64,000 nt of DNA, taken from NCBI GenBank assembly GCA_040954595.2, contig CM082596.2, positions 8,507,124 to 8,571,123 on the forward strand, given 5' to 3'. The first letter of the stretch is position 1. Each line of letters starts with the position of its first letter. A program made the translations under genes and the position numbers. The DNA is from Balanoglossus misakiensis. Its lineage: Eukaryota > Animalia > Hemichordata. The notes under the pieces are model-generated. The model did not search any database, was not told where the DNA came from, and was given only the letters and a program-made list of their open reading frames with translations. Positions 33,249 through 45,615 of the stretch are shown here, piece by piece.

Positions 33249-36200
33249 TTAAAATGCCTCCAGTTCGCAGTATGCTAGCTTGTCGAACACAGTTCCAACT
33301 AACATTTTGTTGTCGTAGTAACTCGCAACGCTTGATCCTTTGACCAGTGATCCGTCATCCATCAGTACCTCTCTGACATCGATGTTTGCAAAGGGTGTTT
33401 CCTTGTCGCTGAAACGCAATCGCAGCACCTTGATGGTAAAGAAAGAAAACACATGTTTTGCTTTAATAGTTGTTGGTCTTGCAAAGATTCCTGATGTTAG
33501 TGTTTCCTGAGATTTGTCGCGGTATTTCTGTTACATGCTTAGTAACAAGTTTACTTTCGTTTGGTAATATCATAATGAAACATGTTTGTAATCAGAACAC
33601 CAACATTCCCATCTCTGAACTTACTTGAGAACCAGGAGGGGTGCCACCCCTATGGAGGGCCAAGTACGCAATTGGGTTACAACCAATCCACAAATCTCCT
33701 GTCTGTTTGTCCACTTCAATATTGTCAATTGATGTGTGTAACTTTACTCGCTGAGGGTAAAGAATAGAACATTGCGTCCATAAAGGTGTGAATTGGCCAA
33801 TTCATTCCATGAGACGACACTGGCGTACAAGTATTTATCTTCAATATTGGTGGGGGATAGTCTCCACTGTGAGTATCTCCCATGATGCAATTGATACACG
33901 TGCACTTGAGTTGCATCATGCATGCACACATAAAAACAGTGTGAACCCAAAAATGAAAGGAAATCTCGTTTCGTCAAACCACCTCCTGTAACTCCATGAC
34001 CGCGTACCTTGATTTCTTCAATACTGTTATCATCCTCCCTTTTGAATATCAGTAGTTCTCCAGGTATAAATGCAGCAACGTACAGGTACCTTTAAATAGT
34101 ATGTAGATTACTTAGTATTCATATAATGGAGCCAGTTTCAAATATAATATACATCATAGAAAAGGATATTTAAAAGGGTACTTGTCATTGGAAAAGTGTC
34201 ACAAGTTGTCATAGAAATCATCCACCGTGCCAAGCAAAGCCTGCATGCTTTAACTTAAATTAACCTGTTTAATATCCCCAGATGACTAGAAATAAAGTAA
34301 AGCAGATGGTTTATATTCAAAAATTATTTGATACTGGCGACAGAAACAGCTTGTTAGTTCGATGAAGATATTTTTAATTCTGACCTCCTTAAAACCACTC
34401 ATTTTACGGAAATAATTCATAGAAGTCTCACCTTCCATCCGGGGACGAGTTGACCCCGTCTGGATATCGGTACCCGGATGCTAGTATTCTGTCTTTGCCA
34501 TTGCTGTACAGGCCAACAGTTCCCCACGCCAAACCCGAGTAGATTTCCATTTGCACAGCGAAGTGCCGTGGTCTTGTGAAGTAAAGGTCATTTGTGTAGT
34601 AAAATGTTTCAGGACCAACTGCGTGCAAGTCGTTTACGCTGGAGACAATACCAAGCCATCATCATTAATATGGTCGATTCGATACCATTTTAATATATGC
34701 TGAAATACACTGTCCAGGCTGGTTAACAAGACTACTGTCAAGGTCAAGCACCAATGTTTGGCAAAGTAAGACGCCGCTACATGACAATAAAAATAATGTA
34801 GCATTGATATCAGAATGAATCGGACTATATATAACTGAAAGTGGGTTAAATTCGAAAATGGATCTGTTCACATACCTGTATAAGTTTTCGCCTGTGATCG
34901 TTTTTAGATGGTGCAGTGACGTCGACGATTCATTAAAACGGAATATCTCGATTCTATTCTCGTTACTTATGTGATAGTTCACGACAAACAGTCTTCTCTC
35001 GCCTAACAAAGAAATGTGCATTGTGTTTTACCGCTTGATACACGAATTATATAATTATCATAATTGGAATAATAACAGGTTGGATTGAAACGAAAATTTC
35101 ACCCAGAAGTATTTTTGGTCGCGAAGAATAACTTCGAATACACATTTATATGTTGGTTAAATAGTGTGTCGTGTTGTTGTGGTCAATTTACTGTTATTTG
35201 CGAGGCTGAAACCTGTAAAGTAAACATTTACCAGACGTAGAGTCTTCATACAGGCTTATTCCAATCGGATAGAAATTGTCCTTGTCGAAGTCCCCTGTGA
35301 ATGCGACTTCCACTGCATTTTTCTCGGGGTTGTTGAAATCAAATAAGAAGATTCTTCCCTTCAGCAAAGGTGGGTATGTCGATGGGTCATGCCGATTGAC
35401 AGTAACTCGCTGCCCCTGGAAACGATTTCGCAAATATACTTCTGTAACAGATTGCAGATCAATCTTGCTCTGAAAGCAGATTAATCGTGTTCTGGGGGTG
35501 GGGGCAAACATTCGTGTGTTATTAGTTACCAAACGGACCATGTTTCGAGATGGTTTTGAAAAGAAACTGATGCTCTGGATGACCATTTTGACCTACCGAG
35601 GAAATGAAAGCCAATCCATTAGTTGCAACAGTGACATCTTCCGAGCCTGGCTCTACATATAAAAGAATAAACAATTTATAGAGATAATATTGAGTTGTAT
35701 TCCGGCCTATCATCAGACTGAAGTTTCACAGATTTCGGTCCATTTTCGCGATTTTTTGTGTGGATGGATTCATTAACACGCTGTATACCTAGTCAGGGGT
35801 TTTACTTCTGCTCTACGATAGCAGTTGTCGTAGTTGCAGTTTAGGACTATGTCCCCACTTGATATACAATGTTTAATGTATAGCAAGAGGCGTGCAAGGA
35901 AAATAGTGAACTTGGTCACAAATCCTTTCGGACTCGCACATAATTGGCCACTTTAGATTCGTGATCCTGGTTTACTTACCCACTCCGGGTATCACTCTGC
36001 ACGGGCCTGGGTAGTGATTGTGGATCGTTTTAAAATACCCGAAGAGGTACCTGAAAGAGAAAGTTATATTTTATTTGTCTAGTAATGATAAAACGCTTGA
36101 AAGCAAGGTCAGAACTAGACTGAAAGATTCGCCGGCACACCACTGAATCTCTCAGTCTATGTCGGAACTAGAAATGGCCGCTTGTTTTTTTTTTTTTTTC

Positions 36201-36829
36201 ATTTACAGATGAAGTTTTCACCATACGAACTACATAGAAAAGCTTGTAGTTCATATGGTGATTTTGCAGAGAGACATTAACAACACCTCCATTGCAAACG
36301 TATAAATCAAGGTTACTGAAGACAAAGGCCCATTCTTGTATTCAGGCGCTGTGTCGTGATGTTTTGTGTAAAAATTGACTGGTGATGTCATAGAATACGG
36401 ATTGGTGTGATGGCAATGATGGAACATGACTTTGATGACGACTCGCAGCAAAAGACGTAACTGGTCATCATACCACAAGTTACAAGACGGCCCAAACAAT
36501 TCCAGTTTCAATACATCAGTGAATTTGTGGTTTCAGTCAAAAGAGAGTGAAACGATTATTCTGCCTCCAGGTAATTACCAATAAGGAAATATCTTATTAA
36601 ATTTTACTAAACTTCCAGAAGACTCGCCGCCTCCCATCTCCGTTTCTCTGAAATTTGAAACCGCCTGTTCTCTGTAGAAGAATATAACATAACAGAAGAA
36701 TCTATGAAGCGTCGAACTTTCTCTTCGCAGACATATTGTATTTAAACGACAAGGTACTTACAGGGTCTTGAAGATGTGTATGTCGATTAAGACAACGAAA
36801 AACAGGAGGACACCCCGGAGAATCATCAT
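33249..36829 (-). CDS. Paraoxonase/arylesterase-family protein (PON-A), 9 exons, 366 aa (36829-36762, 36050-35980, 35652-35597, 35415-35232, 35002-34876, 34638-34432, 34089-34008, 33750-33625, 33428-33249)
   Basis: Signal-anchor, GSEDV, GLAFISSG, NDL..VGPETFYYTND, IDNIEVD..TGDLWIGC, GSSVAS.Y..KMLVGTV; open frame with the PON-type 9-exon structure. Confidence 0.92.
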
Positions 36830-37561
36830 CGCTTCGTATCTATCAGTTGGTTTGACGTACAACAAGATGACAAATTGTTAAACACATCATGCACTGTCAG
36901 TTGCAAAATATACTGCCGGATGTGTCATGTGATTGGCGCCAGTCAAGGCCCACGTATCGGTCAATTGTTCAGAAAGGAAGGCCACTGAACGCGTAGCGTA
37001 TTGTACAAGGGCCTTGACAGTATTAATATAGGGAGCTACTTATAGGCCTATGGTGCGCATGAAATATGGAAGGAAGCGAAGGCAGTCCACTATTTGAATG
37101 CGTCGAACGCAAAATTTGCAGAACTTTTGGATTGGACGTGTTTGTTCACATGAAATTTACGCACATTCACATAACACCATGATGATGGATGGTGATGGAG
37201 AGAAAAGAGGCTAGCGACCATTCCTAATATTACATGTAATAAACTTTATTTGTAACATACAGCAATGTCAAGGAATACTTTTGTGGTAAAACAATGAATT
37301 GTCGGTAGCAGTCATTTTTAACATCACAAGGTCAAATGTAATTTTATGATTATTGTACAAAATATATGTAAGCCTATATGTCACGGAACTGCTCTCAGGG
37401 GCTGTTCCATTGCGATTACTATTAGGTGCTGCCACTAAACGGGGATGAATCCTGCCGGCTTCAGTCTCCAAATGTGATCGTTGATAAGCTCGCGTCACAA
37501 ACCCATTGGAAAGGTGGATGTTCTAAATTGTACTATGTTTATACGAACAAGTTTCAATGAT

Positions 37562-39371
37562 CTAAAGTTTGTCAATTGTTCCACTAAATACTTCGATTTC
37601 GCAATACGCCAGCTTGTGAACGACAGTTCCGACCAACATTTTGTTGTCATAGTAACTGGCAGCACTAGCTCTTTTGACCAGCGACCCATCATCCATCAGT
37701 ACTTCTTTGATATCGACATCTTCGAAAGGAGTGTCGCCGCCAAACCGTAACCGCAAAACCTTCGAAGGAAAGGAACAGTGTTAGCTAATGAAATTTTGAA
37801 TTTGGAGAGTAGGGTTGCATAAACGTGTTAATTTTAGGTCCTTTAGGCCTACTCATGATTGGGAATTAAGTGTACGATTACGTACCCTATAGACGGTGTA
37901 TTTGATTTGCACTTACTTGCGAACCAGCAGGATTGTCGTAGTTCTTTTCGTGTTCCATCAAAAGATGAAAGATCGGGTGACAGCCAATCCACAAATCGCC
38001 CGTCTCTCTGTCGACGTCACCTTCGATATTGTCTATTGTAGTGTGTAAGCTGATCCGCTGAAACGTCAACCAGAGTGACAAAACCAGATTAAACTCCATA
38101 ACATAACCAGATTTTATGGCATGTTGCACTAATGTTATATGTATTATGTCACATCTGATAAACACAAAAAAATAGCGGCTATTTGTCTTACACTTCCAAA
38201 CTAAATTCAATTTGCACTGTCTTTGGCTTGAGTTATGGCACGTGACGTGGTGAATTGCTTCTCCCTGTTCCAAATCTTCCGGTCAGATTGTCACTCTGTG
38301 GCATCACAGCTGTAACTACACGTCACGCGGGAGATCTTACCTTTATCTCCACAATGCTGTTGTTCCTCTTCCGTTCAAATATCACCACTTCGCCAGGTAT
38401 GAGGGTGGCAACGTATTAGATATCTTACAGCAAATGGAGCGAGCGTTCATACGTGAATAGCTGATAACTTACTTCCCATCTGGTGAGATGTTGATCCCGT
38501 TCGGAAATCGGTATCCCGATGATATTATCCTGTCTTTGCCATCGCTGTACAGGCCAATGTTTCCCCATGACAACCCCAAGTAGATTTCCATTTTGATTGC
38601 CAACCGTGACGGCCATGGTGTCGTGAAATATAGATCATTTGTGTAGTAGAAGGTTGCCGGACCAACCGCCACCAAATCGTTGACACTATGGAGGTAGAAG
38701 AACTTCTGAATGACAATCTATCTCCGGTGGGCTTGGAATAAGATTTATACCAAGGGTGAGAACTTGATGTCTCAGTTTCTTGTCGTATAAATACAGTAGA
38801 AGTGAACTACGCAGCTTTGGTGCTAGGCCATCAGACATCTGTTTTCATTCACATTGCGCCAAACTACCAACGAGAAACGAACTGACCAATCATCAAAGCG
38901 TTAGACTTAATAATAATATGTTTACCTGTAAATGTTTTCTTCAATGATAGTATTCAGATGCTTCAGTGATAGTTTTTGCTCGTCGAAGCGGAATATCTCG
39001 ATTCTGTCTTGATCACTTATGTGATGATTTTCAACAAACAGTCTCGTTTCTCCTGATACAAGAAATACAGAAATGTCACTTGCCGTAATTAATGCAATTA
39101 ATGCGAACAGAATTCGAAAATAATTCTACGAGCAGTAAATTTGTCACAAACGAGCATGCATGTTAAAGTCAAAGCCTACCCGACGTCGAATCCTCGTACA
39201 GACGTTTAGTTGCCATGTGGATAAAAATTGTCTTTAATATCGAAACCCTCCGAGAAGGGCAACTCTACTGCGTTGTTCTCGGGATGGTTGAAATCGAACA
39301 AGAAGATTCTTCCCCCGAGTAAACGGTGGCTGTATCGTCGGGTCGCTCTGATTTCCCTTGCCTCGAATTCC
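37562..39371 (-). pseudogene. Tandem paraoxonase paralogue (PON-B), exons 4-9 only, frameshifted
   Basis: Exons align with PON-A; +1 insertion near 39321, +4 insertion with TAA near 39206, +1 insertion near 38416; exons 1-3 not found (U2 locus 2 begins about 70 bp upstream). Confidence 0.85.
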
Positions 39372-39532
39372 CTGAGAGATTTCAACAATGATAGAATGTC
39401 GGTTTTAGAAAGTGTCCTTCGGCCAAGTGAAGCCCGATGTGGATTAAAAACCAGAACTTGTATATACAAAGAATTTCAGTGCTTTCCACTTTTCAGAAAT
39501 CATTTTCAAGTCTTATTTTTGATTTATTTGTG

Positions 39533-39682
39533 AGGTGGACCGTTCCTGGAGGTACTGCAATACCAGGTCGATCCGTGGCCAGGACGGAGCAAGCCCCTAT
39601 TCCATGGCCCGTTTCCAAAAATCAGTTTAATATCGAGCTGCTCGGTGAGCAGCGTATCAGATATTAGGCTGATAAGAACAGA
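39533..39682 (-). ncRNA. RNU2: U2 snRNA gene 2, 3' part
   Basis: Reverse complement of 10730-10879 with 2 substitutions seen. Confidence 0.96.
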
Positions 39683-40349
39683 TACTCCTTTTTGATTTAG
39701 GGGTAAACAAAAAACTAACCTAACCTAACAACTTACTCCTTCACAGAGACAACAAATCAACTAGACTACATCCGAAAACTATAAAAACAGAAGAAAACAA
39801 CGGGAGCCCCTAGGCAGGCCGAAACCACGTCGGTTCGAAGTACAAGGGCGTACGACACCCCCTGCCCAATTCTCCAAAGTAAAGGTAACGATCGAAACAA
39901 TATTAAAACTAAACGAAAAATACAACAACTTAAGAGCAAAGTAATGTTGAAAAACCAGCACAAATGAACAGTCGTAACACGACCTGACCCCACCCCAATC
40001 TTTATTTTTAACAGGTCAAAGGTTACAAAGCACCAATCAAAAACTCGCTCTAAAAGAATCCAAGAATACATCACTGAAGAAATGCTGAAAAGACAAGCGG
40101 AGAAATACAGAATACAACGAAGAAATACCATAACCAAGTGGAAAGGAACGCAATGTACAGCCAGGTGAAACACCCATACACACTCGCACTCATTCGAAAA
40201 CACGCGGTAAAAAACGAAAAACGCGAGACACTCTGTTTTGCGCGGCGAAGAGTAATCACGTATGCAGTAACTGAAGACGAAGTAACCGGATATCATCGAC
40301 GATGACGAAAAAACCGCGAATGCGGGTAAGTGAAAACAAAACAACCAGC

Positions 40350-43300
40350 TCAGATCAAGATTCGCGGTCCTGAGCTCGAACGAACGGCAAGGATCCCTGC
40401 AATACCCCACTGACTGTAAAATTCCTCAGTTGTCAGTCTAACTCGATCAGCCTGGAGACGCTGCCGAATCTCATCTTTGACGGTAAGTAAAACGTCCTCT
40501 GGAGATAGGAAAATATACTCAAAGGCCGCCTGACATCGCGTCCGCCAAATACACATTTTTGTCACATTCACTATGTACATCACCAGCGCCCGGTTGGCCC
40601 GCGACAAATTACACTCCGTAAGTCCTCGTAAGATGAGATTTTCGTCGAACTTAAGCGCGCCTCTCAGTCGGTACAAACGGTTCTCTACCCAAGCCCACAC
40701 ATAGTTAGCATGTTGACAAAATATCAAAGCGTGGGCTAATGATTCCACCGCCGCGCAATTTTCACGCGGGCAGTACGGCACGACGCGACGCATTCCCCAA
40801 GCAACAAGACGGGAGCGAATCGGTAGTACGTTGTGCGCGCAGCGCCAAGCTAGATCTTTCAAAGTGTTGTCTAAACTAGAAGTGTGCACAGAAGACCAAA
40901 CATCTTTCCAACACAAAGACGGAGAACGCTTGACCACAGGTGGAACGGTATCAATAGCCGAAAGCAAAAGATGGTAAGTATGTACAGACTTTAAATTACT
41001 CCAAGAAAGTGAGTTTTTACATAGGAGTGGAAATAAGCTCTTAACCAAGGTTACAACAGTCGAATACCAAAGCGGACATTCCGCATACTGTGGCAAGGTA
41101 TTTGACCAAAAGAAGGGAAACAGAGAACGTAGGGGTAAAGAAAAGTAACGTTTCATCAGGAAGTGAACAGGTTTAACAGTAACGTCCTGAATCAACGGGA
41201 GAAACTGAGAAAGTAATAAAGCTTTTGCTTTCAACTCTAGGTTAACAAGACCCAGCCCCCCCTTTTCCAGAGGCTGGTAGAGAACAAGACGACGCACAAG
41301 CTCTGGTTTCTTCCCACTCCAGATGAAGGAAAATAAGGCTGTGTTAAACTTTGCAATCACGGAAGGCGGAGGTGGAAATAAGGCTGCCACATACCACATA
41401 GCTGGCATGATAACAACATTGGCAACAAGAACTTTCCCGAAAAGTGTCAAACGCCGTCCCCCCCACTTGGAGAAGATTTTCAGGCACTTCTGAAGTTTCA
41501 GGGACCAATTGACTATAGGGGCGCCCTCACCAAAACAGACACCGTTGATGAAAATACTGTCGTTGCTGAACTGAAGTTGCTCCGGACTGTCAGAGCGCCC
41601 TCTCCAGTTCCCCAGCCATAAACCTTTGCACTTCTTACGGTTTATGCAAGAGCCTGAAGCTAAAGCAAAACGGGAAAAAATATCAAAAATAACTTTGAAG
41701 GAGGCGTTGTCAGTGACTAAGACTGTGTTGTCATCAGCATACTGCAACAGTTTAACTGAATGCGGATAACCAGGAATGTTAAAGCCCTGAACTTTTTGCT
41801 CTGCCTGGATAACTGCGGCAAGCGGCTCAATAAACAGAACATAAAGAAGCGGAGAGAGGGGACACCCCTGCCGCACACCTCTACCAATAACCACAGGATC
41901 ACTGAGAAATCCGTTAACTAGAAATGAACTGGAAATATCGGTGTACAGTATTTTTATCCAGTCGCGGAACACTGAACCAAAATTAAATTTCTCAAGAACT
42001 TTATGCAAAAACACCCAGTCAACTGTATCAAAAGCCTTACGTTGATCTAAGGAGACAATGGCACCCTGACTGTTACGAGAATTACAACGAAACAGAAAAT
42101 CCCGAACAATATGCAAATTGTCAGTAATGGATCGACCCTTGACCCCACACGTCTGAAACGGATTGACAAGGTCAGGCAAGACTGAACTCAATCTGTTGCA
42201 CAGCACTTTTGCAATAATCTTGTAATCAACATTCAATAATGATATCGGGCGCTTATTGTCAGGCCGATACTGCCCATTCACGTCACCAGGCGGTACTGAT
42301 TTGCTAAGAAGGGTGACAACTGCCCATCTCTGTGATGCACCCAGACGTTTTTTGGCAAGGATATCGTTACAAACCTCCAGATATATTGGGCCAAGCGTAT
42401 CCCACAGCCTGACATAAACCTCCTTCTGAAAGCCATCCGAACCTGGTGCTTTACCGTTCTTCATTGACTTCATGGCAGATGTCAGCTCCTCCATAGTAAA
42501 AGGGGCATCCAAGCGTGCCTGCTGCTCTGGGTCCAGTGCTCTCTCTAATTTGGAAATAAAGAAATCCTGCTCACTAGAACTAAGCGAATCTGTCGGCGAA
42601 AAAAGACTGGCGAAATAATCACAAATGACTGAAGAAATACCATCTTGATCAGTACGAATATTGCCATCAACATCAACCATTTTGGAAATACACTTCTTGA
42701 CAGCTCTCTTGCGCTCACGCGCAAAGAAAAACCGAGAACATTTCTCTTCGTGCTCCAGCCAATGCGCACGCGAACGGATCTTGACACCCGCAAGTTTCTC
42801 CTGTGTCAACTTGTTAATGCGCTCTTTAACACTATTATAATCGTTCAAAATAGACCGAGAACGCTTTCCAGAATTCAAGCAAGACGTCAAATCCCGCAAC
42901 TGATCATACAACGAAGATAAAAGCGCCTTCTTTTTAAGAGCCACTTTCCGTGAATGTTTCTTAACCAAGGCCTTTAAACGCTCTTTGACCATGTCCCACC
43001 AATCAGACAAGCATGGGAAGGCTTCCTGCAAAGTGACCCAATTAGCAACACGATGGCGGATCTCATCAAGGACCGAGGGGTCAGACAAAATGGAAACATT
43101 GCACTTCCACACCCCAGGACCCCTACGAACAGACTGACCACCCCTAATTGATACCGAACACATATCATGGTCGGACAGGGAGCAAGGAACAATATTGGAC
43201 GAGGTTTTCAACGCACTAGACATGTAAAAGCGATCAAGACGACTACCAACCGAACAAGAACGATTTCGCCATGTATATTCCTGTAGGTTTTCATGCTGAC

Positions 43301-43844
43301 GGCGCCAAACATCAACCAAGCTGTAATCAGAACATAACTTTTGCAGAACTTCACTACCTATGAAGCAAGTAGTATTCGAAGCGGACCCCCCAAACCGATC
43401 AACTGGACAAGAAACACAATTAAAGTCACCACCCAAAATAATATTGCTATGGCTACCGATGAAATCAGATAAACCTGCAAAGAAATTAATCCTACCTGAA
43501 GGACTGTTAGGCGCATACACATTAATTAAACGGCAAGTAAATGCACTAAAGGAGACAGTACCCGCCACCAGACGCCCATCCACATCTGAAGTAAAATCCT
43601 GCAGGGAAAAACCGGATGACGGAGAGATCAAAATGCCCACTCCCCTGCTGCTATTGGACCCTAAGCTCCAATAATTGGGGCCTCCCCACTCCCTTCCCCA
43701 CATTGCCATCTCCCTAGAAGAACTACAATGGGTCTCCTGCAAGAAGATAATATCAAACTTACTGTCTCTAAAGGAAGCAAACAAAGAGTTACGCTTAACA
43801 GAATCCTTCATACCATTAACATTGATGGAACATAAATTCAACAT
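40350..43844 (-). CDS. LINE ORF2p (APE-RT-Zn), copy 2
   Basis: Same motifs as copy 1; one amino-acid difference seen (WIQIL vs WIKIL). Confidence 0.96.
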   Translation of the reverse strand: MLNLCSINVNGMKDSVKRNSLFASFRDSKFDIIFLQETHCSSSREMAMWGREWGGPNYWSLGSNSSRGVGILISPSSGFSLQDFTSDVDGRLVAGTVSFSAFTCRLINVYAPNSPSGRINFFAGLSDFIGSHSNIILGGDFNCVSCPVDRFGGSASNTTCFIGSEVLQKLCSDYSLVDVWRRQHENLQEYTWRNRSCSVGSRLDRFYMSSALKTSSNIVPCSLSDHDMCSVSIRGGQSVRRGPGVWKCNVSILSDPSVLDEIRHRVANWVTLQEAFPCLSDWWDMVKERLKALVKKHSRKVALKKKALLSSLYDQLRDLTSCLNSGKRSRSILNDYNSVKERINKLTQEKLAGVKIRSRAHWLEHEEKCSRFFFARERKRAVKKCISKMVDVDGNIRTDQDGISSVICDYFASLFSPTDSLSSSEQDFFISKLERALDPEQQARLDAPFTMEELTSAMKSMKNGKAPGSDGFQKEVYVRLWDTLGPIYLEVCNDILAKKRLGASQRWAVVTLLSKSVPPGDVNGQYRPDNKRPISLLNVDYKIIAKVLCNRLSSVLPDLVNPFQTCGVKGRSITDNLHIVRDFLFRCNSRNSQGAIVSLDQRKAFDTVDWVFLHKVLEKFNFGSVFRDWIKILYTDISSSFLVNGFLSDPVVIGRGVRQGCPLSPLLYVLFIEPLAAVIQAEQKVQGFNIPGYPHSVKLLQYADDNTVLVTDNASFKVIFDIFSRFALASGSCINRKKCKGLWLGNWRGRSDSPEQLQFSNDSIFINGVCFGEGAPIVNWSLKLQKCLKIFSKWGGRRLTLFGKVLVANVVIMPAMWYVAALFPPPPSVIAKFNTALFSFIWSGKKPELVRRLVLYQPLEKGGLGLVNLELKAKALLLSQFLPLIQDVTVKPVHFLMKRYFSLPLRSLFPFFWSNTLPQYAECPLWYSTVVTLVKSLFPLLCKNSLSWSNLKSVHTYHLLLSAIDTVPPVVKRSPSLCWKDVWSSVHTSSLDNTLKDLAWRCAHNVLPIRSRLVAWGMRRVVPYCPRENCAAVESLAHALIFCQHANYVWAWVENRLYRLRGALKFDENLILRGLTECNLSRANRALVMYIVNVTKMCIWRTRCQAAFEYIFLSPEDVLLTVKDEIRQRLQADRVRLTTEEFYSQWGIAGILAVRSSSGPRILI

Positions 43845-43949
43845 GGTAAAAAGAAGAAAAAAACAATTGGCCATCAAGAAACCAAAGAGAAAGCTAAGCA
43901 CAGATCAACTCTAAGCCGACGCAAAAACCCCAAAACACGGAACTGATAT

Positions 43950-45392
43950 TTATGCATTAAAGAAGTAAAAATCAAAAAAGGACAAGTCCTTAGACAAAAC
44001 AAAAACAGGGTGAACAGAAACTAAGTGTTCCATCCATTTGACTGGATCCGGAAAGGAAAGGTGCTTACATTTTTTTATTGGACACTGAACTAGAAGTGGG
44101 TCGATGCCGTGCATCTCTTTACAATGATTTTTCATGGCTTCCCAGCCATGAACGCAGGACGCACAATCACCCGAGAACGTATTACATGACGAGTACACAG
44201 TCGACAAGTCCATAATGGTTGAAAGACGCACAGAATCTGACGCCTTTTGACGTAATTCAACTGTAGACTGCGAAAAAGCAGAACCAGACGCATGTGAGGT
44301 CACTGAACAATCAGAGTCGGCTTCGCTATCAACCGCACCAGTTAAAGATACCGACTTGCTATCACCATCAACAGCCACTCTCTTAATCATCTCATCGTTA
44401 TCGTCATCATTATCATCAGACGGCGCAGGACGCTTAGCAGAAGACGAACAAAGCATATCCGTAGAAGAAAAAGAGGACCTTGGACTGAAAAAATCCTGTC
44501 GCTGGCCAGGAGTCACACCCATAGAAGAATTGTCTTCAACATCCATAGCATCTGAAAACAAAACTTGTGAACCAGAATCAGACACGTCTTCCGCCTCACA
44601 ATCTGGAGACGGCTGCGTCACAGGATCTGAAGCCAGCTCGCACACCTTTGAAACAATATCTTCAACAATAACATCGACAATTTCCTTCGACTCACCAGTA
44701 CTTGGAGAAGCAGCCGCCTCCGTTGACAACCAAGAATTCGACAAGGCAACTCTATTAGCAAACGATAAAGAACAATTACGATACACATGCCCATCCCCCC
44801 CACAAATGGAACACTTCACATTTGCCGTGCATTCTGCAACCGTGTGTCCTAGCTGTGCACACCTAAAACAACGCACGTTGACGCAGTCTTTAGCCAAGTG
44901 GCCTGTATTGTTACACTTGATACACGTGCGAGGCTGACCAGAATAGGAAAACCACGCGTTCCTACCACCAATACGGATAACGGAGGGAATATTTTTCTTC
45001 AGACGCATACGGTACTGCCTCGTGCCGTTAAAAACTGATGGTTCGTATGCATAAACACATTTCCTGGCTGCCAAGACAGTGCCATAAGCTGACAAAATGT
45101 ACTGTACATAATTGTCGTCGAGTTCGTTGTCGATGTACAAAACGGTTACCACTACAATATCTGACCCATACGAATGAGTGACAAAATCTGACTTACTCTT
45201 CAACCGCTCTTCAAAGAGCCGCCTAAATGCGAGCGTCCTGAAAGTTACGTCGAACGCACTTCCAGGCAATTTCTGGACCGCCTCTAAATGAAGCTTGGCT
45301 TCCACACCCACACTACTGAGCTGATCAAAAACTGCTTTTACATCAGCATCACTACCAAACTTCAGCAAAAGTGTGCGATCTTTGCGCACCAT
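43950..45392 (-). CDS. LINE ORF1p, copy 2
   Basis: 480 aa; about 7 substitutions relative to copy 1. Confidence 0.92.
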   Translation of the reverse strand: MVRKDRTLLLKFGSDADVKAVFDQLSSVGVEAKLHLEAVQKLPGSAFDVTFRTLAFRRLFEERLKSKSDFVTHSYGSDIVVVTVLYIDNELDDNYVQYILSAYGTVLAARKCVYAYEPSVFNGTRQYRMRLKKNIPSVIRIGGRNAWFSYSGQPRTCIKCNNTGHLAKDCVNVRCFRCAQLGHTVAECTANVKCSICGGDGHVYRNCSLSFANRVALSNSWLSTEAAASPSTGESKEIVDVIVEDIVSKVCELASDPVTQPSPDCEAEDVSDSGSQVLFSDAMDVEDNSSMGVTPGQRQDFFSPRSSFSSTDMLCSSSAKRPAPSDDNDDDNDEMIKRVAVDGDSKSVSLTGAVDSEADSDCSVTSHASGSAFSQSTVELRQKASDSVRLSTIMDLSTVYSSCNTFSGDCASCVHGWEAMKNHCKEMHGIDPLLVQCPIKKCKHLSFPDPVKWMEHLVSVHPVFVLSKDLSFFDFYFFNA

Positions 45393-45586
45393 GCTGAAGC
45401 AAAATAATCAAAAAACGACAAAGAAAAAAAAGAGAAGCTAAAAAAAGCAACTCACGCTCACGTCCCACCTGGCTTGTACCAAAAGAAAAGAAGAAACGAA
45501 GCTCCACGAGGACGTCGAACGCTGAACAAAACACCTGTTGGAATACTCTTCTTGGATTGGATATAAACACCAGTAGCAGCAACCAA

Positions 45587-45615
45587 TGATCTTAGCCAAA
45601 AGGCCGAGAAGCGAT
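45587..45615 (-). ncRNA. RNU2: U2 snRNA gene 2, 5' part (nt 1-29)
   Basis: Reverse complement is ATCGCTTCTCGGCCTTTTGGCTAAGATCA; upstream promoter homologous to gene 1 out to about 45985. Confidence 0.96.

Larger units (their letters stand above)
39683..45586 (-). mobile_element. Full-length U2-targeting Tx1-clade LINE (Keno-like), copy 2
   Basis: Same length (5904 bp) and identical junctions to copy 1; both ORFs intact. Confidence 0.95.

Noticed and set aside
44356-44937. Antisense ORFs within the LINE ORFs
   Set aside because: Shadow frames of the coding strand with no recognisable motifs; lengths differ between copies
39533-45615. Second U2::LINE copy as an assembly duplication artefact
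   Set aside because: Copies differ by scattered, mostly synonymous substitutions and have distinct flanks
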